A stretch of 64,000 nt of DNA from Chitinophagales bacterium. GTDB lineage: Bacteria > Bacteroidota > Bacteroidia > Chitinophagales > JAHQVX01. The stretch's first letter is position 1. Every line of letters begins with the position of its first letter. The notes beneath the pieces are model-generated. The model worked only from the letters and a program-made list of their open reading frames with translations. It did no database searches and was not told where the DNA came from. The translations under genes were made by a program, and so were the position numbers. Positions 10,178 to 22,000 of the stretch are shown piece by piece. Where the stretch lies: NCBI GenBank assembly GCA_965215685.1, contig OZ244113.1, positions 2,927,487 to 2,991,486 on the forward strand. The letters run 5' to 3'.

Positions 10178-10306
10178 TTAGGGATATTCAGAAGCCGCGA
10201 TCTTCAGATCGCGGCTACACATATTAAACCCCGCATGTGCGGGGTCAATTGCATTCCTTCTGAAAAACCCTACCAGCGTATGAACAACTTAGATGAAAGC
10301 TAATCA
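10145..10306. repeat. 36-bp imperfect direct repeats (10145-10180 and 10271-10306)
   Basis: TACCAACGTATGAAAAACTTAGATGAGAGTTAATTA vs TACCAGCGTATGAACAACTTAGATGAAAGCTAATCA, 31/36 identical. Confidence 0.88.
10181..10270. mobile_element. 90-bp MITE-like element
   Basis: Imperfect terminal IRs GGGATATTCAGAAG / CTTCTGAAAAACCC (11/14). Internal palindromes at 10193-10216 and 10228-10245. Sits exactly between the 36-bp direct repeats. Confidence 0.55.
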
Positions 10307-12054
10307 TCATGTAAATAAACGGAGTACTCATCCTTTTCATAAATAATGCGGTAATCCTGTAAGTTGGGTTTAACAAATTTTTTAGAGCTGTCCCATATAA
10401 CCGCATCGTAGCCTCTATCATTATCAAACTCTTCATAATTAACGCTATGCTTATGGGGCATGGCAAAATGCAATTCTTTATGTCTTATCTGATGATAATA
10501 CTCTATATACGGCTTGCTGTAATTGAAATAGTTATACACGTTCTTTACATTATGTTTTTCGAGTTGTACGGCAATTTCTCTGCTAATCCGGTCCACACTT
10601 ATCGACCAGTTCATGAATTTGTGGTTGTGGCTCAATATGCCCAGCACTCCAATCACTAACGGTAGTAGCCACAAGGAAACCGGATATTGTTTAACCTTAA
10701 TCCATCTATTGATCCATCTTAGTAACAAGCCGCTTAGCAACACCATGTAAACTATCAAATAAGAGCTGAGCCTTACTTCTGTAAACCTTCTTAACAGGAA
10801 CAGTATTATGAGTGGTAACACTAAATTGAAAAAAATGAGCCACCCTAAGATTTTATACTGTCTTTTCTTAACCAAAAAAGGCAATACTCCGCCAACAGCC
10901 AACAAAACCAGATACAAAACAGAACTCTTATAAGACAAACCGGTAAAGAAATACGAAGCTTCATCTAACCACCTTAATGATAAGGCAGAAAAATCAACCT
11001 TAACTGATTTTGAAGTTCCATTAACCAACCAGTTAAATTTAGTGGCCATGATCATTGGACTGTACAATATTGCCGTAAAACCGGCAACACACACCGAAGC
11101 AATGATTGCTGGTTTAAGGCCTCGTAATCCTTTGGAAAAAAGCTGTGAAAAAGCAAGAGGCATGAATAAGCCCAATAAAACGAATGAGAAAGTAGGCATG
11201 CTATAAAGACCTAATACAGAAGCCCAGACCAATAACCAATAATGCCATTTATCTCCTTTTGATAGAATAATATTAGCAACCATCCACAAGCAAATAATGG
11301 TGAAGAATACGGTTAATATATAGGCACGCGCATATATGCCATAAAACGTAATTACCGGCGAAAACATCAATACCGCCGTAAGGATCAAAGCCAGGTACTT
11401 ATTAAAGTACTTTCTTGTAAAAAGTAAAAAGGCTACACCTGAAAGTAAGGCGAAAAGTACAAGTAACAACCGAATATTAACTATGGGTTCAAAAGGAAGA
11501 AACTTGAAGAACCATGCTAAAACAGTGTATAGCACGTGGTTATTATGTGGAGCCGTAAGCGGCACCAAGAGTGATTTATCAATAAAGTGCAGATAAGTCC
11601 ATGCGCCATCGTACTGTACAGGCCAGGTAAAGGCATAGAAAACCGCCCTAACAGCTGCTATTGCAAACACAACGTAGGTTAGTACTTTATAAATACCGGG
11701 CTCATTTGAAAACGATGACCGGTGGTAACTCAAACGCCTTTTAAACCAACTCACAAAACCTTCAACCTGCTGTGTTAATTTTTTCCGTTTAATCCAATAC
11801 AATGGCACTATCACCAGCCAATAAAAGGCACATAAAATGATCAGTGCCCTGGAAGTAAAATTGAAACTGGCTTCAGATACAGCCTGCTTTATTCTTTGTT
11901 CAAGATCAGTCCGGCCTAAAACCTCTATGCAAAAATCAACGAAGGACTCGTAGTCCAATTGTTGAAGAAAGATAGTGGCCGCCAACAACAGCAGGCCTAA
12001 CAGTAAAATTTTTAAGAAAAGAAAAAACGGTATGGCTCGTTTATACCAGGCCAA
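10300..12054 (-). CDS. GT-C fold (PMT/ArnT-like) membrane glycosyltransferase-like protein
   Basis: About 12 TM helices, first loop [20 protein letters not shown], and [10 protein letters not shown] typical of GT39/GT83-like proteins. Confidence 0.7.
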   Translation of the reverse strand: MAWYKRAIPFFLFLKILLLGLLLLAATIFLQQLDYESFVDFCIEVLGRTDLEQRIKQAVSEASFNFTSRALIILCAFYWLVIVPLYWIKRKKLTQQVEGFVSWFKRRLSYHRSSFSNEPGIYKVLTYVVFAIAAVRAVFYAFTWPVQYDGAWTYLHFIDKSLLVPLTAPHNNHVLYTVLAWFFKFLPFEPIVNIRLLLVLFALLSGVAFLLFTRKYFNKYLALILTAVLMFSPVITFYGIYARAYILTVFFTIICLWMVANIILSKGDKWHYWLLVWASVLGLYSMPTFSFVLLGLFMPLAFSQLFSKGLRGLKPAIIASVCVAGFTAILYSPMIMATKFNWLVNGTSKSVKVDFSALSLRWLDEASYFFTGLSYKSSVLYLVLLAVGGVLPFLVKKRQYKILGWLIFFNLVLPLIILFLLRRFTEVRLSSYLIVYMVLLSGLLLRWINRWIKVKQYPVSLWLLPLVIGVLGILSHNHKFMNWSISVDRISREIAVQLEKHNVKNVYNYFNYSKPYIEYYHQIRHKELHFAMPHKHSVNYEEFDNDRGYDAVIWDSSKKFVKPNLQDYRIIYEKDEYSVYLHDD

Positions 12055-13294
12055 ATGAAGCTTTTACTTTGTCGAGGTAGTCCAGCTTTTCCCAGGTAAA
12101 CAGTTCTACCTCCTGTTCTATTGTTTTACCATTTAGGTTAAATGTTTTAACCACACTACGCGGTTCTCTACCCATGTGACCGTAGGATGCAGACTCAGCA
12201 TAGATAGGCGATTTTAGTTTTAATCGGCTGATAATTGCAGCAGGTCTTAAATCAAATAGCTCGCTAACTTTCTCCGCTATTTCACCATCGTTCAAATCAA
12301 CATTGGAGGTGCCGTATGTGTTCACATATACACCCATCGGTTCGGCAACTCCAATGGCATAACTTACCTGTACCAAAATTTCATCTGCTACTCCTGCTGC
12401 AACCAGGTTTTTAGCTATGTGCCGTGTGGCATAAGCTGCCGATCTATCTACTTTTGAAGGATCTTTGCCACTAAACGCACCTCCGCCATGCGCACCTTTA
12501 CCGCCATAAGTATCTACAATAATTTTACGTCCGGTAAGGCCTGTATCACCATGCGGGCCGCCAATTACAAATTTGCCGGTAGGATTAACGTGGTACTCAA
12601 TATCATCGGTAAACAGGTTTCTGATCTCTGTAGGTACCATTTCCTTAACACGCGATATAAGAATAGTTTTCACATCATTCTTTATCTTTTCCTGCATGGC
12701 CGACTCTTCACCAAATTCATCGTGTTGTGTTGAAACCACAATGGTTTTTATACGAACCGGCTTGTTATCATTATTGTATTCTATTGTTACCTGCGATTTG
12801 GAGTCCGGTCGCAGGTAGGTCATTACCTCTCCTTCTTTTCGTATATCGGCAAGGGCATAAAGCAAATGATGTGACAGATAGAGCGGTAAAGGCATATAAT
12901 TAGCCGTTTCGTTGGTTGCATAGCCGAACATCATTCCCTGGTCGCCGGCACCTTGTTCCATTTCATTTTCCCGCTCCACACCACGGTTTATATCATCGCT
13001 CTGCTCATGAATTGCCGAAATAACGGCACACGAATCAGCGTCGAATTTGTATTCCGATTTTGTGTAACCTATTTCTCGTATAACGCCACGAGTTACTTTC
13101 TGCAAATCGACATAGACATCGGATTTAACCTCTCCGCTAAGTACAGCTAAACCTGTTGTAACAAGCGTTTCACAAGCCACTTTAGAGTCAGGATCGTGCG
13201 CCAGAAAATTATCTAAAATGGCATCAGAAATTTGATCAGCCACCTTATCCGGATGACCTTCTGAAACCGATTCTGATGTAAAGTAATAAGACAT
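12041..13294 (-). CDS. metK: S-adenosylmethionine synthetase
   Basis: [72 protein letters not shown]. Confidence 0.98.
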   Translation of the reverse strand: MSYYFTSESVSEGHPDKVADQISDAILDNFLAHDPDSKVACETLVTTGLAVLSGEVKSDVYVDLQKVTRGVIREIGYTKSEYKFDADSCAVISAIHEQSDDINRGVERENEMEQGAGDQGMMFGYATNETANYMPLPLYLSHHLLYALADIRKEGEVMTYLRPDSKSQVTIEYNNDNKPVRIKTIVVSTQHDEFGEESAMQEKIKNDVKTILISRVKEMVPTEIRNLFTDDIEYHVNPTGKFVIGGPHGDTGLTGRKIIVDTYGGKGAHGGGAFSGKDPSKVDRSAAYATRHIAKNLVAAGVADEILVQVSYAIGVAEPMGVYVNTYGTSNVDLNDGEIAEKVSELFDLRPAAIISRLKLKSPIYAESASYGHMGREPRSVVKTFNLNGKTIEQEVELFTWEKLDYLDKVKASFGLV

Positions 13295-13313
13295 AGGTTA
13301 TAAAATTGGGCTG

Positions 13314-13321
13314 CAAAAATA
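13314..13321 (-). promoter_or_regulatory. Bacteroidota -7 box (TATTTTTG) for metK
   Basis: Exact TAnnTTTG match 19 bp upstream of the metK ATG. Confidence 0.55.
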
Positions 13322-13362
13322 AGCAGCATTCCTACGAAAAAGTAATTATTCTAAGCTCTAAC

Positions 13363-13968
13363 TCACTTCACATTTACCCTAAGTAATTCTTCGTCTTGCA
13401 AAATCCCTGTCAAAACATCTCCAATAGCCACTGGGCCTACTCCCTCAGGCGTTCCTGTCATTATCAGATCGCCCCTTTGAAGGGAAAATATTTTCGAAAT
13501 GTAACTTATCAGATGATCAATATTGAATATCATATCGTTGCTGTTTCCTTTTTGAACTTCTTCACCGTTCTTTAAAAGTTTAAAGTGCAAATTTTTCATT
13601 CCGTCTTTCACGCCAACAAATTCACCAATGGGTGCGCTGTTATCAAATGCCTTGGCAATTTCCCACGGATGTCCTTTTTCCTTGCACTTAGCCTGAACAT
13701 CACGCGCAGTAAAATCTATTCCCAGAGTCACTTCTTTGTAATAGCGAGATGCGAACTGCCTTTCGATGTGCTTTCCATTTTTGCATATCTTAACCACTAG
13801 TTCACACTCATAATGTACGTTATTTGAAAAATCGGGAAGGTAAAAGTCGTTGCCAGGTTTGAGTAGTGCTGTTGCCGGTTTCATAAACACCATAGGCTTT
13901 TCAGGCACTTTACTATTCATCTCTCTGGCATGATTTACATAATTTCTTCCAATGCAGAAAATTTTCAT
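13363..13968 (-). CDS. Fumarylacetoacetate hydrolase family protein
   Basis: KIFCIGRNYVNHAREM, VHYECELVV, GIDFTARDVQ, WEIAKAFDNSAP, GDLIMTGTPEGVG. Confidence 0.92.
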   Translation of the reverse strand: MKIFCIGRNYVNHAREMNSKVPEKPMVFMKPATALLKPGNDFYLPDFSNNVHYECELVVKICKNGKHIERQFASRYYKEVTLGIDFTARDVQAKCKEKGHPWEIAKAFDNSAPIGEFVGVKDGMKNLHFKLLKNGEEVQKGNSNDMIFNIDHLISYISKIFSLQRGDLIMTGTPEGVGPVAIGDVLTGILQDEELLRVNVK

Positions 13969-14226
13969 AAGCTTATCTTTTTATCCACAAACCCGCGTGC
14001 TTAGTCGGGCCGGTTCGCGAATTTAAATACCTATTCATAAAAAGGTGTGATCCATTAGTTGTAAGATTGTAATTAACAGCAATAATGTAAATTAGTCAGG
14101 CGAAGACTCATACCAATTTAACTTTAAAAAGAATAATTGATAAATACACCTTTTGAATGTTAAAGTGGTATCAATATTAATAACCACGGAGCACTCAAAG
14201 AACTCTTTGCGGTTAATTAGCTACAT

Positions 14227-16020
14227 ATGACAAAATTTATTATCTGTTTACTTGTAACATTCGCATTTATATCATGCGACAGAATCAGCATTTCCAACCC
14301 TTCCGAAGAAGAACTTTTGACTCCTTTTGAAAAGAACGAAAACTATTCTGCAGCTTATGATGAAGGTATTGACTACTTCAAGAAATTAGACCAGGCATTT
14401 ACCAAGCTTAAGGTGATTGAAATTGGTGAAACAGACATCGGGCGACCGCTTCACCTTGCCATTCTTTCCAAAAAATATGAATTTTCGATAGACGAACTTG
14501 TAGCAAGCAACAAACCACTCCTTTTCATCAACAATGCCATACACCCGGGTGAACCATGCGGAGTGGATGCTACCATGATATTATACCGCGATATTCTTAC
14601 CAACGATTCGCTTAGGACCTGGCTAGATCATATAAACATTGTAGCCATACCTTATTATAATGTGGGCGGTGCACTCAACCGGAATTCAACTACCCGTGCA
14701 AACCAGAACGGACCTGATGCTTACGGCTTTAGGGGAAATGCCAAAAACCTTGACCTGAACAGAGATTTTATTAAGGCTGATTCCAAGAATGCGCAAACAT
14801 TTAACAAGGTGTTCAGTCGGTTAAAGCCCGAAGTATTCGTTGACAACCATACAACCAACGGTGCCGACTACCGAGATGCCATCACATTGATCAATACGGT
14901 TCCGGAAAAAATGGAAATGGCATTAGCGGGCGTTTTGAAGAATACATTCATTCCGCAATTACTGGAAGATATGGAAAACAGAGGCTGGCCGGTATCACCC
15001 TATGTATTTCAAATGGGATCAACAGTAAAAGACGGAATTATGGCTTTTAATGATGGTCCGAGGTTTTCATCAGGTTACGCAGCTTTACACGGATCGTGGA
15101 GTTTTATCTCTGAAACACACATGCTAAAACCCTTTAAAGACAGGGTTTGGAGCAATTACCATCTCATGCAAAGTATTATTGGGGTTATGGTTTATAATAA
15201 AGATTTGCTTGCAACCGCAAGAAGTGAATCAGTAAAAAAGACCTATGCCAACACCCCTTACCACCTTAATTGGCGATTAGATACCATAGCAAATAGCATT
15301 ACGTTTCGAGGGTTTGATACCATAAGATATGTAAGTGAGGTTACGGGCTTGCCGGCTTTTAAATATGACAGGAGTAAACCAAAAGATCTTTTGATTCCCT
15401 ACTTCGGTAAATACGTTCCCGCAGATACTATTATCACACCAAAAGCCTACCTTATTCCGCAGGCTTATAGCAAAGTAATTGAACGTTTAGAAATGAATGG
15501 CGTAGTTATGAAAAGACTGGGGCAAGACAGTATCATACAAATTGAACAATATTTTATTGAAGACTTTGATACCGGCCCAAATGCTTACGAAAACCACTAT
15601 CTGCATAACAACATTGCCACCCGCACAGAGGTTACAGACCGGCAATTTTATGCAGGTGACTACTTAGTTAATCTCGGTCAGGAAGCCGACCGTTACATCA
15701 TTGAAACCTTAGAGCCAACAGCCTCCGACTCCTTTTTTGCCTGGAATTTTTTTGATGGAATACTCATGCAAAAGGAATACTTTTCGACGTATTTGTTTGA
15801 AGAAACCGCATTAAAAATGATACAACAGGATACTACTTTGATCGCTGAGTTAGACAGTCTTCGGCAGGCTGATGAAAATTTTGCAAAAAGCCAATTCGCA
15901 CAGCTATACCACTTATATAAAAAATCTCCGCACTATGAGAAAACACATTTGCGTTATCCGGTGGGAAGGATTATGGAGTTCAATGCCCGGGGCAATCATG
16001 ATGGTCTTGTTACTTTTTGA
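14227..16020 (+). CDS. M14 family zinc carboxypeptidase, lipoprotein
   Basis: Lipobox FISC, zinc-binding NNAIHPGEPCG, NLDLNRDF, VDNHTTNG, and SETHMLK. Confidence 0.85.
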   Translation: MTKFIICLLVTFAFISCDRISISNPSEEELLTPFEKNENYSAAYDEGIDYFKKLDQAFTKLKVIEIGETDIGRPLHLAILSKKYEFSIDELVASNKPLLFINNAIHPGEPCGVDATMILYRDILTNDSLRTWLDHINIVAIPYYNVGGALNRNSTTRANQNGPDAYGFRGNAKNLDLNRDFIKADSKNAQTFNKVFSRLKPEVFVDNHTTNGADYRDAITLINTVPEKMEMALAGVLKNTFIPQLLEDMENRGWPVSPYVFQMGSTVKDGIMAFNDGPRFSSGYAALHGSWSFISETHMLKPFKDRVWSNYHLMQSIIGVMVYNKDLLATARSESVKKTYANTPYHLNWRLDTIANSITFRGFDTIRYVSEVTGLPAFKYDRSKPKDLLIPYFGKYVPADTIITPKAYLIPQAYSKVIERLEMNGVVMKRLGQDSIIQIEQYFIEDFDTGPNAYENHYLHNNIATRTEVTDRQFYAGDYLVNLGQEADRYIIETLEPTASDSFFAWNFFDGILMQKEYFSTYLFEETALKMIQQDTTLIAELDSLRQADENFAKSQFAQLYHLYKKSPHYEKTHLRYPVGRIMEFNARGNHDGLVTF

Positions 16021-16128
16021 ACCACATAAGGCACATAAGGACATATAAAAGATAAATCGGTAATAAGGATTGAGAGTTTAACCATTGAAGGAATTACTTA
16101 TTTGCCCTTATATGGTTTAAGAATTAGC

Positions 16129-16698
16129 TCAATTAAACTCCGTCATGGTATTGCTTAAACCGTGGGCCACAAAACTTAAACAGGCTCTTTGGGCTGTTTC
16201 TATATAAGAAGCTAATTCCTCGTCTTCTTTATCAGACCACTTACCGAGTACATAATCTACTTGTTTGCCTTTACTAAAGTTATCACCTATACCAAAACGC
16301 AGACGTGGATAGTTGGCTCCGCCAATAAGTTGCTCAATACTGGCCAGCCCATTATGCCCGGCATGTGAGCCTTTGCCACGTAAACGTAACTTACCAAAAG
16401 GCAAGGCTATGTCATCTACAATAACCAGTAGTCTTTCCGTTGAAATTTTATATTGGTCAAGCCAATATTTTACGGCCTTACCGCTCAAATTCATGTATGT
16501 GTTTGGCTTAAGAAGGTAAATGGTTTTTCCTCTGTATCTGAAATCCGCCCTGTCGGCCAGTTTGCCGGTTATGAATTTTGCACCGAATTCCGTAGCTATG
16601 GCATCAACCACATCAAAACCAATATTGTGACGCGTGCCATCATACTTTGAGCCTATGTTACCAAGTCCGGCAAATAAATACTTCATTTGAAATCGCAA
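16129..16698 (-). CDS. pth: Peptidyl-tRNA hydrolase
   Basis: GLGNIG..Y..TRHNIGF, KPNTYMNLSG, VIVDDIALPFG, GSHAGHNGL, YPRLRFGIG. Confidence 0.96.
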   Translation of the reverse strand: MRFQMKYLFAGLGNIGSKYDGTRHNIGFDVVDAIATEFGAKFITGKLADRADFRYRGKTIYLLKPNTYMNLSGKAVKYWLDQYKISTERLLVIVDDIALPFGKLRLRGKGSHAGHNGLASIEQLIGGANYPRLRFGIGDNFSKGKQVDYVLGKWSDKEDEELASYIETAQRACLSFVAHGLSNTMTEFN

Positions 16699-16699
16699 A

Positions 16700-16980
16700 A
16701 ATCAAAAGACAAATCACAAACAATATTCAAAATACAAATCATAGAACTCAAACTACAAGAACTTTGCAGAAAAGACTAAAAGTTGTCCAATAACCATTTC
16801 GGTTTGAACTTCTTCCTTTTTTAAATATTTAAAAAATTTAAAATTAATAGGTTGTTCCCTTTATGAAATTTCTTCAAGCATCGAATTTCTTCGCGAAATG
16901 AATTCTGCAAAGTTCTCACTATTTAGAAGCTTGAAAACTGAGATTTGGAATGTGTTTACTATTTGAATATTGGCTTTGGA
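16700..16980. repeat. Degenerate inverted low-complexity repeat insert between rplY and pth
   Basis: CAAAT(C/A)-rich heptamer run at about 16700-16760 mirrored by an ATTTG-rich run at about 16935-16980. Confidence 0.4.
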
Positions 16981-16982
16981 AC

Positions 16983-17669
16983 TTAACCTTCGGCCTGAGC
17001 ATCACCGCTATCAGCTTTTGCTTCTCCGCCTTCAGCAGTTGAATCGCCACCTTCACCTTCCGTACTTTCTCCCTCTTCTCCTTCAAGTAATTCGCCTTCT
17101 TCGGCCTCTGCCACAGCCGATTTAAGAGCCCGTGGTATCATTACTGAAGCTATTGGGTTGGCAAGTGGTGTGAGTACTTCAATCTCACCGGTTTCAAGGT
17201 CTCCAACCTTTAAGGATGATCCCAATTCCAGTTCACTTACGTCAATATCGAATGATTCAATCAGGTTTTCGGGCTTTATACGAACACTTAGTGTTCTTAA
17301 TTTTTGCTGAAGCTTACCACCTTCCTGTATTCCGGCGGCAGTTCCCTTTAATTCAATTGGAATTTCGGTTTTAATTTTCCGGCCTTTCACCAATTCCTGA
17401 AAGTCAACATGCGTAACCTTATCGGTAACCGGATGGAATTGAATGTCTTTTAACAATACCTCATAAGATTTTCCATCAACCTCTACATTTACTTTAAAGA
17501 AATCGGGTGTGTAAACAATTTTGCTTATATCCAATTCATTTATTGAAATGTGTACATTCTCTTTACTTCCGTAAATAACACCCGGAATACGCTCTTCACG
17601 TCTTTCGCGACGTGCAAATTTCGATCCCAGTTCTTCGCGCTTTTGCGCATCTATCTTCACAGTTTTCAT
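16983..17669 (-). CDS. rplY: 50S ribosomal protein L25/Ctc with an acidic tail
   Basis: ERIPGVIYG, KDIQFHPVTDKVTHVDF, IELKGTAAG...GG, and an Ala/Glu/Gly-rich tail. Conserved prs-rplY-pth order. Confidence 0.95.
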   Translation of the reverse strand: MKTVKIDAQKREELGSKFARRERREERIPGVIYGSKENVHISINELDISKIVYTPDFFKVNVEVDGKSYEVLLKDIQFHPVTDKVTHVDFQELVKGRKIKTEIPIELKGTAAGIQEGGKLQQKLRTLSVRIKPENLIESFDIDVSELELGSSLKVGDLETGEIEVLTPLANPIASVMIPRALKSAVAEAEEGELLEGEEGESTEGEGGDSTAEGGEAKADSGDAQAEG

Positions 17670-17675
17670 AACTTT

Positions 17676-18629
17676 TTATAACTCTAATTTTTTCAAATAT
17701 CTGATAAACAATGAGTTTATCGATCTGTTTTCGTGAGTGGCTCTAATAGCTTTTGCAAATAAAGGAGCCGAGCTCAGTGCTTTAATTTTATAGCTTTGTT
17801 TTTGTAGTGGTAATGTATCGCATACTACCAGTTCGGTTAGTTGCGAAGCTTCAATTTTTTCCATGGCATTTCCGGATAAAATCGGATGGGTACAAATGGC
17901 CCGTACGCTTTTTGCTCTATGCCTCATCATCACATCTGCGGCCATGCACAGGGTTCCGCCTGTATCAACCATATCGTCAACCAACACCACATTTTTACCT
18001 TCTACATCTCCAATTATGCGCATTTCTGCCACTTCGTTAACTACTTTTCGGTGTTTGTCGCACATCACAAAATCCGTATCGAGATACTTGGCGTAATTTC
18101 TTGCCCTTTTTGTACCACCTATATCCGGTGAAGCCACAATTAAGTTATCCAAGTGCAACGACTGAATATACTCGTAGAAAATGGGCGTGCTCTCCAAGTG
18201 ATCGAACGGGATGTTAAAAAACCCCTGTATTTGGGCGGCATGCAAATCCATGGTAACTATTCGGTTAGCTCCTGCGGCAGTAAGCAAATCGGCCAATAAC
18301 TTAGCACCAATAGCTACACGCGGTTTATCCTTTCTATCCTGTCTGGCATAGCCATAATATGGTATAACCGCTGTAATATAACCCGCAGATGCCCTTTTCG
18401 CAGCATCAATCATAAGCAACAATTCCATTATATTATCAGCTGGTGAAAAGGTACTTTGAATAAAGAAAACATAAGCACCGCGCACAGATTCGAGAATAGC
18501 AGGTTGAAACTCCCCGTCACTAAATTGTTGAATTGAAATTTTACCCAGTCCCTGGCCGTATTCCTCAGCAATTTTTTGTGCTAAATATTTCGAATTCCGG
18601 CCTGAAAATAATTTAACGTCTTGTACCAT
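17676..18629 (-). CDS. prs: Ribose-phosphate pyrophosphokinase
   Basis: FSDGE, YYGYARQDRK, MDLHAAQIQGFF, SPDIGGTKRA, VDDMVDTGGTL. Start moved to ATG 18629 (MVQDVK) because a -7 box lies at 18645-18652. Confidence 0.97.
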   Translation of the reverse strand: MVQDVKLFSGRNSKYLAQKIAEEYGQGLGKISIQQFSDGEFQPAILESVRGAYVFFIQSTFSPADNIMELLLMIDAAKRASAGYITAVIPYYGYARQDRKDKPRVAIGAKLLADLLTAAGANRIVTMDLHAAQIQGFFNIPFDHLESTPIFYEYIQSLHLDNLIVASPDIGGTKRARNYAKYLDTDFVMCDKHRKVVNEVAEMRIIGDVEGKNVVLVDDMVDTGGTLCMAADVMMRHRAKSVRAICTHPILSGNAMEKIEASQLTELVVCDTLPLQKQSYKIKALSSAPLFAKAIRATHENRSINSLFIRYLKKLEL

Positions 18630-18644
18630 GGCAATTTGGAGGCG

Positions 18645-18652
18645 CAAAGGTA
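18645..18652 (-). promoter_or_regulatory. Bacteroidota -7 box (TACCTTTG) for prs-rplY
   Basis: Exact TAnnTTTG match 15 bp upstream of ATG 18629. Confidence 0.6.
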
Positions 18653-18799
18653 TTTAATTTACTTGCGATTACCAATATCTCCAAAGCTTTCAAAGAACAA
18701 AAGTCTTTTGTTCAGACAAAAGACTTTTCATTATTTTGTTTCCAACCGGGGCTTACTGCGCTCAGCACAGGCTTCTCGCCCTATTCGGCTGCAACTGCG

Positions 18800-18872
18800 T
18801 TGGCCTACTAGGGCTCGAACCTAGACTCTTCTGGACCAAAACCAGACGTGTTGCCAGTTACACCATAGGCCA
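18800..18872 (-). tRNA. tRNA-Gln(TTG)
   Basis: TGGCCTATGGTGTAACTGGCAACACGTCTGGTTTTGGTCCAGAAGAGTCTAGGTTCGAGCCCTAGTAGGCCAA. Anticodon arm TCTGG-TT TTG GT-CCAGA, T-loop GGTTCGA, CCA not encoded. Confidence 0.95.
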
Positions 18873-18924
18873 ATAATTAACAAGAACAACATAAAATCCA
18901 AACAAGGATGAATTTTAAGGCCTG

Positions 18925-18932
18925 CAAAGATA
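18925..18932 (-). promoter_or_regulatory. Bacteroidota -7 box (TATCTTTG) for tRNA-Gln
   Basis: Exact match about 50 bp upstream of the tRNA 5' end. Confidence 0.55.
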
Positions 18933-18997
18933 AAGAAACTACCTATATTTCATCAAGTAAATGTTCATGAATATCATTAACAGAATAGGATGTTTTC

Positions 18998-19005
18998 TAT
19001 TTTTG
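18998..19005 (+). promoter_or_regulatory. Bacteroidota -7 box (TATTTTTG) for DUF2723-rlmB
   Basis: Exact match 22 bp upstream of ATG 19028, divergent from the tRNA promoter. Confidence 0.55.
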
Positions 19006-19027
19006 GCGCACCGAAGAAAATACTTTA

Positions 19028-22000
19028 ATGAATTTCAAAAAGATAAATAATATTGCCGGCTGGGTTGTTTTTGCCATAGCCATGCTAACGTACGCGCTCA
19101 CCATGGAAAAAACAGCCAGCTTCTGGGACTGTGGCGAATTTATTGCCGCAGCCGACAAACTGCAGGTTGTTCATGCCCCGGGAGCACCGTTATATCTGAT
19201 GCTCGGACGTTTCTTTTCCATGTTTGTGCCTGCCCAACATGTGGCTCTGGCTGTAAATCTTTTGTCGGCTCTGTCAACCGCCCTGGCGGCCATGTTCGTT
19301 TATTGGAGCATAGCTATTCTGGCTAAGAGACTGTTGCGCAACAAAGAAGGCGAACTGGAAGGCAAAAAGATCTGGGCTGTAATAGCCTCAGGAATAATTG
19401 GGGCTTTAGCCTTCGTTTATCAGGATTCACAGTGGTTTAACGCGGTTGAAGCTGAAGTTTACGCCGTATCTACTTTGCTCACCTCGGCCGTAGTTTGGAT
19501 GGCACTTAAATGGAGTGAACACGCCAATGAGAAATGGTCTGACAGGTTGTTACTCGGTATTGCATACATTATTGGTCTTTCACTTGGGGTACACTTATTG
19601 AACTTACTTGCCCTGCCCGCTATAGCCTTGTTATTCTATTTCTATAGAACGGAAAAAGTGAATGTTAAGGGTATAGTACTCGCCTTTTTGGCAGGTTGTG
19701 GTTTGTTGCTTTTGGTACAATACGGCATTATTCTGGAACTTCCGAAATTAGCATCAGCCTTTGAACTGTCTTTTGTAAATGGTATGGGACTACCCTTTGG
19801 AAGTGGTTTACTTTTCCTTGTAATTTTAATTGTAACAGCACTCATTACGCTTATTCATTATGCCAATTCGCAGAAGAAGTTATTCCTGTACATTGCACTT
19901 GGAGCGCTTGGTATAGTAGCTCTGTCATTGTTGCTCAGAGCCGGCAGTGCATCAGGAATTTTGAAGTTTTTAATAGCCGCAGCATTAGTGGTTGCCTTGT
20001 ATGTGTTGCGAGATAAGCGTGAACTGATCCTTAAAGGCACGCTGGGATTAAGCTTTATTCTTATCGGATACCTCAGTTACATTATGGTTCCGATTCGTTC
20101 AAACGCTAATCCGCCCATTGATATAAACAACCCGGAAAATGTATTTAACCTGCTCTCCTATTTAAACAGAGAACAATATGGTGACAGACCCCTGCTTTAT
20201 GGCAATATTTATACCGCCAAGCCAATAGATTACGAACGTACTGACGATGTTTATATACAAAAAGAAGGGAAATATGTTGATATTGACGATAAGATAAAGT
20301 ACGTATTCAAGGACGAAGATAATATGCTCTTTCCGCGGGTATGGAACATCCACGAAGAGCATAAAAAACAGTTTTATGCCGATTGGCTGGGCATTGGCAA
20401 GTCAAGGCCTTCTATGTTCGATAATTTGAATTTCTTATATACGTACCAATTGGATTTCATGTACTGGCGCTATTTTCTTTGGAATTTCGGCGGACGGCAA
20501 AATGATATTCAGGGCCATGGAGGACCATCGGATGGAAACTGGGAAAGCGGTATTGAATTTATTGACAGCGGCAGAACGGTGAAGGCCGATGCATATCCTG
20601 ATAGTTTGGCATTGAATAAGGCTAAAAACCATTTTTATCTAATACCGTTCATTTTGGGATTGATAGGAGTTTTATTTCACTTTAAATACAATTATAAAGA
20701 TGCCGGAGTACTTACCGCACTCTTTTTGTTAACCGGTATAGCCATTGTGTTCTATCTGAATCAGGAACCTATGCAACCACGCGAAAGAGACTATGCCTAC
20801 GTGGGCTCCTTTATGGCCTTTGCCATGTGGATTGGCTTAGCAGTAGCCGGTTTGGTAAAAGCAGCCGAGAGTGAAAGGTGGAAGAATTTTGGCAGCCTGT
20901 GCGTTGGGTTAATGGGTGTTATGCTGGCCTTATTGGTCCTTGGTTTTAATGCCATGAATCCGATTACGGCTTTTTTAATTCTGGTGATAGCACTTGCCGG
21001 CCTAGCTGTTTTATTCGGTATAGCCATGCTACTGAAAGATAAGTCAACAACCCTTAAAACTGGTGTGTTTGCAGCCATTACAGCCATTGCACCAATACTT
21101 ATGGTTAGTCAGGGTTGGGACGATCATAATAGAAATAAAACACACCTCGCTCAGGCTACCGGTAAAAATTACCTGAATTCCACACTGCCCAACTCCATCA
21201 TTTTCACCGAAGGCGACAACGATACTTATACCCTTTGGTACGCTCAGGGGGTTGAAGGTGTGCGTGAAGATGTGCGAATAGTAAACAACAGTTTACTTAA
21301 AGGCGATTGGTATATCGATCAGGTAAAACAACATAACGGATTACAGCCCGGCCTGGATATCACATTTGATAAGGATGATTATGAAGGCAGTAAACTGGAA
21401 GTAACCAATGTTTTGGAAATGATACCGGCCGCTGATCTATCGGAAGTGATAAAATTTGTAAAGGACGATAGCCAGGAAACGAAACGGCAGTTAACCGATG
21501 GTGAATGGGTGAATTTTATTCCAACTAACACGTTGGTTCTGCCTGTTGATTTAGATGCTCAGGTAAAGAATGGTGTACTAACTCCTGAAGATGCTGAAAT
21601 GGCACAGGATACCATGATATTCAGGCTCCCGAAGGAGCGCGTTATTCGTGATGAGCTTATGATCCTTGATCTTATTGCCCGTTATATAAATGAACGCCCC
21701 ATTTTCTTTACAGGCGAATCGCTGCCTAATAATCTTGGCTTGTCACCGTATATAAGGCAAGAGGGAACGGCCTTCAGACTTACCTCAATTTTAGATCCAC
21801 AGGTTTTATCAGAAGATTACAGTCCGTTTGACCCACATGTTAACGCCATGAGATCTTACGATCTGATCATGAATACTTTGGACGACGGAAACGTTGCCGG
21901 TGGTGCATTTTTAAATGATAATGCAAGGAGGCAGGGTAGCCGTTTGCTCGAAACATACGTAAAAACGTTTGCCGGCCTGGCCAGAATAGATGAAAAGGAA

